DNA of 64,000 nt from Marsupella aquatica (lineage: Eukaryota; Plantae; Marchantiophyta), in assembly GCA_973895155.1 (NCBI GenBank), contig OZ316897.1:8393832-8457831 (forward strand). The letters run 5' to 3'. Of this stretch, positions 27,332 through 39,625 are shown piece after piece; position 1 is the first letter of the stretch; each line of letters opens with the position of its first letter. Position numbers and translations under genes: made by a program. Below the pieces are notes generated by a model that saw only the letters and a list, made by a program, of their open reading frames with translations, had not been told where the DNA came from and made no database searches.

Positions 27332-27988
27332 TAGCTGTGAAAAAGGGCCCTCGTTGTGATAGCTCTTACGTGAATGCTAGAGAGGGTGCTAATGAAGGGA
27401 TATAAAACCTGTGACATTCATTAAAAATCTATACCATCTTTTACAAATGCATTTTCTAGTTTTTCAAAAAGTACCTATTCATATAAAAATATAGGCTTTT
27501 TCACCCATTTAAAAAGAGTGAATATATTTTTAAAGTAATAATTTTGGTTTACTAATTCACTCAAAAGTGTATTAGAAAGGATTTCCTACCTATTTTTTAT
27601 TTTCATTTTCCAAATTTTTTTAGTTATTTAAACTAAAAAAATAATTTCAACTATTAAATAGGAATTGTTTTTGGCTCTATTCGTGTTTTTTGCATTTTAA
27701 GTTTTTTTAAATGCATTTTCAATTCTAAACATTTAAAAACATTAAATTGAAAATAAAGTAAAATTAAAATTTTATAGAAAATTATTTGGTCTAGTCTCTT
27801 TCCATCTTCGCGACCTCCGTCTATTTGTGATTTAGTTAGTTTTCTCTTTCTGGGTTTTTAGTAGTTTCCCTTGCTCTCTTCTTTTGAGTTTTGGCTCACT
27901 TAGGAACTCTTTGTCTTTTGTTTGTTCTTTTGTATTCTATTTGGCCCTTTCTGTAAATTGTTTGTATTGTATTTTTAGATCAACCAAC

Positions 27989-28108
27989 AAAAAAATAGTT
28001 TTCAATTTTGGGACTAAAAGTGGGTGTTTTTAATGCTCAGCCCTTGCTAAAAAAATAGTTTTCAATTTTGGGACTAAAAGTGGGTGTTTTTAATGCTCAG
28101 CCCTTGCT
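27989..28108. repeat. Exact 60-bp tandem duplication
   Basis: 27989-28048 is identical to 28049-28108. Confidence 0.95.
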
Positions 28109-29727
28109 GCTGGAGAAGAAGCAAAAATTTCAATCAGACAAGCATTGACCAGTGAGCTCAATTCATTACATATTTTTATGTATATTGAACTACCAAAGAC
28201 GAGGAAATTTCAACCAGACAAGAATCCTAAAAGGAGGAAACACAATAAAAAGGGATACACAAGAAACAAATCCAAGGAAGACCCCCTTTACAGCTCACGA
28301 GTAGTTCCCCATTATAGCAAAGGACAGTTCTGATAAAGCTCCAAAGTAAATTATATAGGGAGAGTCTATGCTCGAAAGTAAATCACATAAATGGGTCACA
28401 TAAAAGTATCCGAAAGGTGGGAGACCCAATAAAGAGAGACAGACAAGAAGTAAAAAATAATAGACCCCCACTCCAGCAAAGGACCTAAAGCTCTAAAGAG
28501 TAGCATATTGAAAAATCCGATAAAGCTCAAGAGTAAATCACACAGACTAGCATAATGATAAATCTGATAAAAGCTCGAGAGTAAATCACATAAGTGGGTC
28601 ACCACAAGGAATTTATTTCAAGTACCTCAAACCAACAGCCTTTCGTAGAGTAAAATAAAACTAGTCCATACTACAATACTCCTGTAGTACGTTCTCACCT
28701 TTATGCTATTCATTAGGGTATTCTACACCTTTTATGCTCTTCATTGCCAAACACAACACTCTATACTACAATACTCGGGTATTCTACCCCCTCATGCTCT
28801 ATGCTATATAGCCCATATGATCTGTGCTCGATGACTTCGGATGCAAGCACAATTGACGATGGAGAACTGAGATAGAACACCAATGTGATGAACTCCAACA
28901 CCAGTATAGTACTGGCTTTGCAGGCTGTGTTGTTTTATTTGCCTTTTTGAGCCAAAGCTCCCACTTTGAATGTACATACATCTCTGCTGCAAAAAGAATG
29001 ATGAACCTAAATCTTAAAAGCTGATGAGAATTTCAATTAATTTCACACTGCTCTGTTCTGATCTGTTCTGTTCTGCTCTCTGCCTAATCTTCTCTAAACT
29101 AATCTCACTGGCCTACATAGTTCTCATCCAACATTCCAAGATGGTGGTGGCAGCATTGGCCTGGCTAATAGGCAAAGTATCAAACTATCAAAGGATGATG
29201 ATAATCTATATGATTCCTCCCCGAAGTATATCTTGATAACAATGAAAGATTGGCAGAAGGCTGTTTCCCACAGGAGAACAACCCAGTGTCTGGACATACA
29301 GAAGGAAGAAATAAATATTGACCACCACCAGACAGACAAACAGACAGGGAGGTGAGGTGGGGTGCTACCTAGCTACGTACTGGCTAAAGTTTCTACCGAC
29401 AGAAGCTCCTGCAAAGTGCCCAAATGACACGAGGAAATGATCTCTCCAATTTCCCGTCTGGCTGGGCTGTAACATCACTACAGTCAATGCAAACATCGAG
29501 CCTGGAACTGGCAGGTCATCAAATGACAAATGGATACTATGCATGGAGATCGGCCGACAAACTACTCTCACCGACAAGGAAGCAGTAGAAGTAGAATAGC
29601 TACTGTACTGCCCTTGTCTATCGAACAACGTTGTGTCTTATCCTTGCCGATCTCACCTCTCTTGCAGCTGGAGCTGCTGCACACAAAAGAGAGGCGGGCT
29701 CCAAACACGAAGTCGTCGACATTTGCA

Positions 29728-29749
29728 TTTGTGCCAAGCTGTATGCAGC
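29728..29749 (-). promoter_or_regulatory. Putative miR536 target site in the 3' UTR of the B3/ABI3-like gene
   Basis: Plus strand tttgtgccaagctgtatgcagc matches miR536 (recalled as UUCGUGCCAAGCUGUGUGCAAC) at 19/22 positions, so the minus-strand mRNA is complementary. There are mismatches at miRNA positions 3 and 21 and a G:U at 16; positions 4-15 pair perfectly. Confidence 0.72.
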
Positions 29750-30586
29750 TGATTATGTTGTCGGGGATGACTGGGGATGACTGTAATCAATCTATCTGGA
29801 AAGAACCAATCGAGTCAATTGCATGACACTGCCGAGGGGGGAGGAAGACGCACACGAATGGAACTTCCATCAATTACCCATCTGCTTTGCCGGCCCGGCT
29901 CAGGCACAACTTTTGTTCATTGACAGATCAGTAGACCTGCGTCGGTTGTGTTGTGGTGTAGGGCGGTGGTCGATGGCAGTACTGGATCACGCTAGCCAGG
30001 TGCCTCCAGCAGACATCTCGAATTCTAGAAACCAAAAACCAACTTATTCAGCTGTTCTCTCCAGGAACCAGATTCGACTCTAGCTTGTCCGGATCCTCAC
30101 TCGTAGAGTCCTCAACGAACTGTTCCTTCTTCTCTCGAACCCCAGAAACCCAATTTGTTTATTGAAACAGCATCCAGCGATTCCATGTATACTTCCACCA
30201 TACTTCTTCGATCATTGAATCGAATCAATGGAGTCCCGGGATGGAGGCCAACTATTTTGTGCGAGGCAAAGTAGCAGAAGCTTCCATCATTCTGTGCAGC
30301 GCAACGAAGCGCAAATAAGTTGGGTTGCATGCTACTACTTTGGTCTGGTGCTGTGTTGGCGTGCAGATCAAAGCGGGGGTAAGTGGAGGAAGCGGGAACG
30401 ATGATGATGAACAAATCACTGTCATGATAATAGAGCAAATGTATGTAACATAGAGGGATTTCTTCCTCTGCCTGCCTCGCATAAGTATGCGGACAAGGCA
30501 GGGCGGGTAACGATAGGAGAAGGAACCATGCGACTTTGTTCGCCCAATTCAGACATTGAAGCTCGCCAAACGTCGAGGGCACAGCT

Positions 30587-33500
30587 TCAAATCGACCGTC
30601 GAGAAGAAGACTCTTCTCCTCCTCTTCCTCCTCCTCCTCCTCCTCCTCCGCCTCTCAGGGAGAGTGCGTTGCGACTTCGCACGTCGACGCCCACATGCGA
30701 GTCCGCTGAGTGGCCCAGAATGTTATCGATAGTCTCGTCATCGGCCTCGATCAACCGCGGGAAATCTTCGAGATTAAAATCAGCCCCTCCTTCCAGCTCG
30801 GACGGCATCTCCTGGTCCGGTTGCTGCTGCTGTTGCACAGCCATGTAGTTCTTCAACCGAAGCTCCTGGTGCTGCTGCTGCTGCCGCCCATGATGTTGTT
30901 GATCGTCTTGCATTGTCCCCCTCAAACCAGGAGGTGCTCGCACTAAGGGTAAATGGTGAACCAGGTGCTTGTTGTTAGAATTCAACGTCCCTGGGGATGA
31001 TTGTTCGTGCTGGTGCTGATGATGGTGCTGGTGATGGGGTTGAGGAACGGCCTTCCTCGCTTCCGGAACTGCGATATGGGTAGGCGGAGGGCACTTTGCC
31101 CCTCCAGCAGCACCGGATGACGCCGAGAAACGTGACGAGGGTACGTCCAGGGAGTGCTGATTGCTGGAAGAAGTAGCAGTGTTAGTACCACCCACCATCT
31201 CCTTGCCCGAGGAGATCCCACTACCCCCCCCATCAGTAGTACTAGCCGGAGAAGGGGACTGATTCATCGTCGCCGTCCTCCCGGACGCCGAAGCGGGCCC
31301 CTCCACATCCTCAGCAGCAGCAGCAGCTGCCGCCGGACCACCAGATGCTGCTGCTGCTGCAGCAGAAGGCTCCGTAACGCTCTGTGAGGACGGCGTTACT
31401 TGAAGTAATGGTGCCGACTTCTTCGCTCTCAACACCTGCGAGTTCAATCCGAGAACGGTAGGGTGTCAACAACACACTCAGCTCGCTTTAATCTACTCTA
31501 TTGCGTTTCGGATCATGTATGACCCACTTCCAGATCAGACTGGCTCCGCCCACCCCTGAATCTGGCTACCACCATTTGAATTAATTCAAGAGGCATTTGT
31601 GACATCATGCAGTCGACACATGTTCGACGGATCATTGAAGTGTAATTCATGTCTGGGAAACAAATGTGAAAAAGGGAAATACAATCGTCGAAAGCTGTGA
31701 GGAACTGAAGCTACAGGAGATGACTGCAGTATACTAGATGCAACCACTCACGTTGTTTGCACGATTGAGAATTCGTCTATTTCCGCTCGTTATTCATTTA
31801 AAGACCAACCTCGAAACGCGTGACTTAACTGTCGTGATTAAGAGTTATCTTGCAAAACATCAATTCCTACTTGTAATGCGCAGCAGCTATAGCTCCCAAA
31901 CAGTCTAATCCCACCCACTTGATCGACTTACACTCTCAGGCAAAAAGCACCCTCACATTTCGCGTCAATTCTCACGTTTTCCTTCAGTAAGTCTAACCAA
32001 CGCTTTCGCGGTTAAATACTTTTACTTACATAGCGGATTGGGGATTCCCTGTAGATGAAGAGCCAATCGCCTTGTTGTAGAGCGTGGAACTTGGCAAATT
32101 CCCCTGGTAGCACACATTGAAACAGTCCTAACAATCAGATCAGGACTAAAAACATTTTCCCAAACACATTGTTCATCCAAGACAGGAGCTCTTATGACAT
32201 AACACTGAACCAATTGAAAGCCATCTCCACTCTGTCCCCAGCCGAAAATACCCAACTGCCCATCAACGACTCATGGGCTATAATCCCAATTTCCAACATA
32301 AAGATACACAGTAAAATTCGAGTTATGAGACGGTCGAGCCATGTCCAACTGGCGGGATCTTGCCACTAACGACCGAATCGTCTCCCGCAATCGAGGGGCT
32401 GATGTGAGTTTTCCTAACGTGTGGACGTCATAGTCAAATCGTGAAGAAAAACGCTGCCATGTCTTCCTCATCCGAAGGAACAATGCTGTAGAGACGGACA
32501 ACAACTGCGAATATTGAGGACACGTCTCACTCGACGTTGAGGTCACATGTATACAGACAAATGATCCACTCGTCATAGATGAATCCGTCAGTCTCCTTCA
32601 ACGATATTGTTCTGAGTTGAACGTAGACGACGAGCCAAGACAACAAAACAAGTTTGTACCGTATTTACAAGTCAAAAACATCATATTCCAAATTGCAACG
32701 AGACGTGGGGCCTTCATGGGTGTCCTAGCATCGATGTGTCCATCACTCTGGCGGTAAAACCAGAAAAAAGCCATGCCAGCTAACTCCACCCGAAGATCCC
32801 ACTTCTCTCAGCAATCTTTGGGAAAAGGTCGTGCGAAACACGTAATTAAAGATAACCCGAACTTCGACGCACGTTCCATGATCACCGCATTAGCCCAGAC
32901 CATCAGATTTGACCAAAATTTTCCACCAAATCACCAATCAAGTATGGTCATCCCGCCAACGCCATTTCTCACGCAAGCTCAGTCACGTTCGCCAGACCTT
33001 CCTAGTTGGCAGGAAGGGCAGGCGAACCACGGGCAGCGTTCCAATTTCGTGCAATTTCGTGACGATAGCGCAAGAATCGCCTAACCACTAGTTCACCCTC
33101 ACCCATGCTCATGAGACACTTCCCCGTTAAACTGAATAAAGAGGAGGATGAGCACCCACCAGTATTCTCAAGCAGATACATCCGGCTTTTGTTGTTTGGC
33201 CAAAACCTGCGACGTCAACACACCCACCAATTCGTCTTCATTAATCGACTCCTCCGCCAAAGTGCGTGGAGGCAACAAAATCATACATACACACCCGGAC
33301 ACCGCGCTGGCAGTTCGCGGATCGCCCACAACCAGAGCGAAGCAGTCTGCCTTCTAGCTGAGTTTGCAGTAAAAATTGTGAAATCGAATAACCAAAAAGG
33401 TTTCGACGACTTATGGTCAATTAAAGCAAGTCGCAAAAGAGACCTATGTCTAAAGCGGCAGCAGATGTCGTGATTGAACCAGAACAGCTATCTGCGACGG

Positions 33501-36138
33501 CTCGGAACTCACCTGTATTTCACAGTCCACGTCCTGTCCGCTTCGTAATCGTACATGTACATCTCAATCCCCTCCTTGTCGGGAAGAGGCGGAAGGTGAG
33601 TTTCAGCTTCTTTCTGCAAAAATGCAAAAATATGTCGGAAATGTGTTAAAACTTACGCTGCTCCGTTAGCTCGCGCACGAGAGTAGGTCTCTGCCTCGTT
33701 CGCTTGAAAAGCAAGGGCTAGGAGGCTCCAGGCCAAGAAAACATCAAACAGAAAATTAGTCCAAGATCGCTAGACCTGCCAAGTAAAGCCAAGAACGGAA
33801 GATTACAACACTCTTGATGCGCCCGAACTTCAAGAGGTCCTGTTGTGGTCCTTTCAGTAATGTAAGCAAATGACTAAACGGAGAGTCCCTGAGAAAGAAG
33901 TTGAGTTAAATTAGCGGCCGAGAGAAGAGAGAGCTTACTTTAGGCAAGATTATTCTTCCCAGAGATCCAACGTCAGTTGTTGTCAGCTGCTTTTGAATTA
34001 ACATGCGCCTTCTCGACTCCGGAGGTGGGCCACTGCGACCCTGCAAAGTTAAATGAGATCCGACCTCAGGAAAACAGGCTTTCAATTTGATTCGCAAGTA
34101 AGGCCCCATCATATTCAAGTCTGCAAGCTACAGGCCGAACGACTCGAGGCAAGCAACTGATTTGATCCTAAATCGCTCTATCACAGGTGGATCAGACAAC
34201 AAATGAGGACACTTCCTGAACAGCTGCTCAACCCCAACACCGAAGTGTGATAGTAGCCCCATATCACAGATACAATGACAGCTTCTCACTCTAGAGACTT
34301 TACTCTTTTCCCCTCTTATTGAAACTTCGTGATTAGAACGAACCAATTGTGTACTTTAGTCCTCAAGCCATATTCCTTCAGCTAATTTGCTGTCGATGAA
34401 CTAAGGAAGGCTCAGACCACGCACGCCAAAACCGTTTGCTTTTGAGATATATTATTGACCAAAAGACTCCACGGGAACGATTCAGTGTCGTCTCCGAAAG
34501 ACGCCAAAACCCAAGGGATTATGTTCAATGCCTCATACACACCTCTCTATCCTCCAATAAGACATCTGATTGTTCTCGATCATGCAATGTCCGCTTCGAA
34601 GGCAGAAGTGCTTTCGATGGGGTCTCCATGCTTAGCGAGGGAATGCTGCCGAGAAGTCCTGTAGGCCATGCAGCACGACCCAGAGGGTCCAGAGAGGACT
34701 GTCCCCTGCAGGAGGAGAAGTTGAAGGGCCCGGACCCGATTGAGCCCACTGATGCCATGAAGTTTAGACCCGATCGTGGGCTTGATACGCCTAAAAACGG
34801 ATCCCTGTCGGAACCAAGAAGCTCTGCCCTGTAGTCCCCGCCACCTTGCATCCTGTTACCACTGTCAAGTGCGTACGTGCCATAGTCAACAATGGATGAC
34901 TTCATGGAGATGCTCTCGTTCGAGTTCTTCATCGCCAATGGTGGGCATCCGGCAGTTTGATAGCTCGAGAAAGTGCTGGTGGGGTTCTGTAAGGAGGTCA
35001 ACTTGCTGGAGTTAAAGGCTGTCGATCGGTCCCCAGGAGGATAAGAGGGCGAGAATGAGGTAGGGGATGATTTGCTGTAAGAAGGGGAGCAATTTATAAA
35101 GCTTGCAAGAGCAGTGCTGCGCTGATCATGAGCGAAGGGAGGCGGCTTCCTGTATTGACTTGCTGAAGCACTTCCGTGACTTAGACGACTGGCATTATCT
35201 ACATCCGACATAGGTAACGCAGTGGATACAGGACCACTATCTGCAAAGTCTTGCATTCTGGGCTTCTTCGTCAATTGAAGTAGTCCCTGTTCGTCGACCA
35301 CTTTGCTCCCCCTCAAATCATCGTGAGACTGCTGCAGCATACCACTCGAAAAGTTGGAAGCTTTCTCGGGAAATAAGTTTCGAATGGCGTGATTTGGGGA
35401 CCGATTGAGCTGTTGCATGGAAGAGGGGGACGGCATTAGCCCACGGGCTGTGCCAAACAATTGTTGTTGTTGACCAGAGTTGCTAATCGTCCCTCCCTGC
35501 AGAACATGACTCCCAATTGTGGACGAAGAGTCTGCCCCGCCCCCGAACTGTTCCTCTTCCTTGACACCTCCTGCGACTTCAGCTGTGACCTCGCAGGTGG
35601 AAGCACCAGACCTTCTCAGCACATCAGTTCGTATCTGCTGTGGTCCATCTGCCGCCAGTCTGATTTCTCCCAGTTGTCCATCGACGACACCATTGGAACC
35701 CGAAGCTACCGGCCCGAAGGCCTGAAGGTAGTTGACTGCCGTACTGTCGGCTCTCGGGCAATCCCATGGATTTCCTCCTCCAGATCCTGATCCTGATCCT
35801 GCTCCTCCTCCTATTGACCCCATAAAGTGAAACGTCTGCTGCTGGTTAAGGACTTGGAAACTACCGCTATCTCCAGAATCTCCGAACATCAATCGATTTC
35901 CGGCATTCGCATTCACTCCCTCCTTCAGACGCTGCTGCCATTCAATGTTAGTGTTCCCCAGAGCGTTATTATTGTCCTTGCGCTGCTTGTTTGATAACCC
36001 AACACCACCTCTGTCCTTTTCGTCCAGCGACATCCCCCCACCCGATGCGTGGTCCTCGACAGCAGCTGCTGCTGCTACTACTCCTGGAAAACCTCCACTC
36101 CCCCGAAACAGGAAAACATCCCCTAGAGTCCCCGACAT
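30587..36138 (-). CDS. ABI3: B3-domain transcription factor, LAV family, ABI3/FUS3/LEC2 type. Coding exons (5'->3'): 36138-34543, 34040-33939, 33613-33513, 33206-33160, 32103-32030, 31435-30587; ~922 aa. Start codon uncertain (alternative ATG at 36033)
   Basis: Spliced B3: RMLIQKQLTTTDVGSLGRIILPK|KEAETHLPPLPDKEGIEMYMYDYEADRTWTVKYR|FWPNNKSRMYLLENTG|EFAKFHALQQGDWLFIYRESPIRY|VLRAKK. FWPNNKSRMYLLENTG is the ABI3-type signature, whereas VAL has NNNSRMYVLEG. Exon sizes 101/47/74 and the intron phases match the conserved LAV pattern, and all junctions are GT-AG. The three small exons are missing from the ORF track. The symbol denotes family, not proven orthology. Confidence 0.9.
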
Positions 36139-36206
36139 GCATTCAGAGGGCGATGCCCGCACACCCGGAAAACTATTACAGCTCTTCAGCACCCGCCACG
36201 AGGTAC

Positions 36207-36251
36207 CTAATTGTCCCAAAGTCTCAGAATTGTGTTTCCGATCGCAGCCAT
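36207..36251 (-). other. Short uORF (MAAIGNTILRLWDN*) just after the predicted leader-intron acceptor at 36259
   Basis: The ATG lies in a strong context (gggATGG), out of frame with the main ORF, and the uORF ends 69 nt before ATG 36138. The acceptor tgtgtgcag is preceded by a pyrimidine tract and a ctgac branch-like motif. Confidence 0.45.
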
Positions 36252-39136
36252 CCCTTACCTGCACACAGCCAAATGGGAGGAAAAGAGTCTCGTCAGAAAG
36301 AAATCGAGCAACAAACGTAACTCCACAAAAGCACACGGACCACCACATGAGGAAAAATATGCCAGAGTACACTTTTCGAACACGAATCACCAATAATCAA
36401 CACATCGATTATTCAGCTCCCATCCAGCCGTACATAATTACAAACGAGGCAATGATTGATGAACTTGGGCTGGACTCGGGACTAGCCAAGACAATTAAAG
36501 AACCCTCAGAGTTTTCCAAGATAGTTGTGATATCCACTGAACGGTAACGAAATATGCAGAAGTGGCAACAAATCGTTCTGAACTTCTACCCTTTGAGACT
36601 TCACGACATGCATCACAGGTGCCGTGGAGTATCAGCGACCCCTCGATCACTGTAGCCAAGAACGGTGTTCGAGAGTACACAGATTCAATTCTTAAGAGAC
36701 ATCGTGGCAATGACGGTGTCCCAAGGTTGCGTTGCGATTATAGCTCACGGAACCTTTTCGCGGTCAGGTAAGGAAAGCTTCATCCTCGATCGAAACGAGG
36801 AGCACTGTTGTCAAAATCTCTCTTAATTCCAGGAACCCGCATGGAGCTGATGTCGCGATCAGGTTTATGCTTGAGTTCTCTTCTGAAACCACGTTCGGCA
36901 TCTTCTAAAGCTCTTTTCGGGGTTGCTATTCGGTTTCTAATTACCTGGCACACTAGAGAAATAGAAGCCCCCCCTTCTCACTCTTCGGCAGTGAGCAGGA
37001 GGAGGCATCACGGTGCCAACAAGCGATCGTCGAGGAGTTGTTCGGTGTTAGACTTCACGGGAGGATCTAGGCTCAAGGCAAGTGTGTCGATCCTAAAGTG
37101 AACTACGTCCCCCACGGCACTACCGCCACAATGCACTGATCACGGAAAAAGGTCACACCCGGGACGGGAATGTTATCGACCGACAACCACCACCCGTGAT
37201 GACATAATGATTCGAAACATTTTGCCACGCCTCTCGTCTGGCTGCTAACGAATTCTCGAATTGCCACGGATGTGAGTCCGTGCAGCAGAAAATTTGCTCA
37301 GCTCAGACCGCCATCGCATGTCCTTCACAGGACTCTCACAGTCAACGACTGCTCATTGCAATAGTAATGTTTGACTCATAATGACAGCCTTCTTCGGTAT
37401 GCACTACACAAAGACCACGACGTCTCCCAATAGATGCAGACCACATTAAATTCTTGTGAAGACTGGAGGAAGCCGCAGAAACCCTCCCCAAACTCGTGCC
37501 GTTGCTACCAGACCTCGCAAACCGAAAGTCAGCCAGCCAGGGAGCTTCGTGCATTTCTAAGACATTGCTACCTCGCGGCCAGTAGCGCAGGCTAGAGCTT
37601 GGGCTCAATTCGCCGGATTCACCAGACCTGCTTCTCGAAGACGAACATCTACGACCCTTCTTTAAACAAATGCATTGACTACTCCACCGGCATCTTCAAG
37701 AGACTACCTACTTGCAAAGAGACGCTTCCACCCCGATTACTCAGGTGACCTGTCCCAAACAGAGTGGCCCGGGATTTATTCTACAAAGATGACAATACAG
37801 TGACCTGCACTGCGAAGTCTTGAAATGTGCGGAGACACAGAGGTCAGGGTGATTGAAGTTGCCAGCATTGTGCTCAACGTTGAGCTCAGGATATGCGGGT
37901 TGGACAAATTGAAGAATCGAAGCACCAATTGGAGCAGACACAAAGTGCTCGCTTGCTGAGCGCTCAGCGATCTGCTCTGTCAAACCTCACGATCCCTCAG
38001 ACAGCATTCGACGTATCTCCGATCATTTACCGTGTGCGTCATAACATGACACTCCCGTTGCTGCGCTTCTTCCTTCCTTCCCAGCCAACGACGAACGTGC
38101 GGAAATCAATCCAGGCGTCTAACAACGTATCAATCACCACCATCATCCAGCCGCCTCCCTCCCCTCTCCTCGAAGCTAGAAACCACCAGATTTACTCAAT
38201 AATCCCCGTTCTTGAAATCAACCGAACACTGCTCATGATCGAATGCGCTCTCCTTCCAGAGTTTCCGAAGATGGAGGTCCGCACTAGATGTACTACCATC
38301 CGCAGACCAGCGAAGAGCGAGCGCACGCGCTGCTGCAGCATGAGGTCTCGTCACCACCAGAAATCCCATCGTTCGAACTTGCTGTACGCACTTCTCCCAC
38401 CTCCTCCTCCCTTCTGGTGGCTCCGTTTTTTCGCCAACACCTGTCTCAGCGGATTGCTTGCACCCCACCGTGCAAGCTGTCTATCTAGCTCCCTTTCCCT
38501 CCCCCGTCCTCTCCTCACTGCTCTCCTCTCCTCTCTTCTCCTCTCCTCTCCTCTCCTACAGCCCTTCTTGGACTCTCTCCCTTGTCACTCAATCGGGCCA
38601 GATGTTACGCTTTTCATGGAGCCTTTCGATGAAGACTCGTTTCGCGGGAACCTTCCCACTCATCCGATCCGATACCACCTCTTCTGCGCTGAGGAGCGGA
38701 CACTCCCAAAAACCCACGACAATGAAGTTCACAAGTTCGGCGAGCGAGGCTACTCTACTACTTTTCCACCATATATCTGCTCGAGCTCAGACTCGCGCAG
38801 ACTCGCGCAGCCCCCGAACAGAGGAGAAGAAGAACAGAGCAGAGCAGAGCAGAGCACAACAGAACAGAGTGCTGGAGCAAGCTCGTGCTTTGAGCGAGAG
38901 CTACGAAGAGCGTGCGCACGGACGGAAGCGCAGAGACAGAGAGACAGGGAGGGAGAGAGAAGAGAGAGTGATGGCAGAGGATTTTGAGTCCCGAAAAACA
39001 GGGGACCAGGGGACTAGGGGAGGGGGAGGGGGCGGGGCCGGGAAGAGAACAGAGGTTCGTTCCTTTCGGCTTCCGTGCTTTTTGTCCCTGTCTTCTGTCG
39101 GAGGCGATGGTGAGTCACCTATGTAACTCCCCACTC

Positions 39137-39256
39137 GCCGTCGCATCAGCAAGGGAATCGTCTGTCCTGCCGTCGTATCTGCGACCGTCGCTGCCCGCCG
39201 TCGCATCAGCGAGGAAACGAGTGGCATCAGCTTTTTTTTTATAGGGGGACTTTATA
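39137..39256 (-). promoter_or_regulatory. Candidate core promoter of the B3 gene: TATA-like boxes (39243-39236, 39256-39251) plus a repeated GCCGTCGCATCAGC motif
   Basis: TATAAAAA on the minus strand at the boundary between repeat DNA and CpG-rich, CT-tract-containing leader-like DNA. Confidence 0.4.
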
Positions 39257-39625
39257 AAAAGGGCAGCGGCAGTTTCGGCACACTGGTAGGGCTTTGATTA
39301 ATTTGCCCATAATCAAGGTCTTATGACTATGATACATTTGATGTTTAAGGGACACTATAGGGGGATTTTGTAGAAAGGGCCACTGCAATTTTGGCACACT
39401 ACTAGGGCTATGATTAATTTGCCATAGTCAAGGTCTTATGACTGAGACTAATTTGGTCATTTGATCTTTAAGGGACACTATACAGTTATATAAGGGGACT
39501 TTAATCAAGGTCTTATTACTATGATTAATTTGGACGTTTGATCCTTAAGTGAACCTATACAAGTGTATAGGAGGACTTTACAAAAGGGAGGGAGGCAGTT
39601 TAGGCACACTAGTAGTGCTATGATT
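39243..39625. repeat. ~115-bp degenerate tandem repeat, continuing at 41241-41360 after the LINE insertion
   Basis: Recurring ggcacact.gtagggct.tgattaatttg...tcaaggtcttat.act. Confidence 0.75.

Noticed and set aside
29660-29750. MIR536 precursor hairpin on the plus strand
   Set aside because: Only ~10 nt of complementary arm exists upstream, so there is no full miRNA/miRNA* duplex. A target site fits better.
33657-33702. Possible extra B3 exon (NEAETYS-like reading, strong GTAAGT donor)
   Set aside because: The true KEAETHLP exon is at 33613-33513. Including this 46-nt piece would shift the frame and leave only a 43-nt intron.
37893-39126. 364-aa and 222-aa plus-strand ORFs
   Set aside because: Low-complexity translations of CT/GA tracts in the GC-rich leader region antisense to the B3 gene; no domain recognised.
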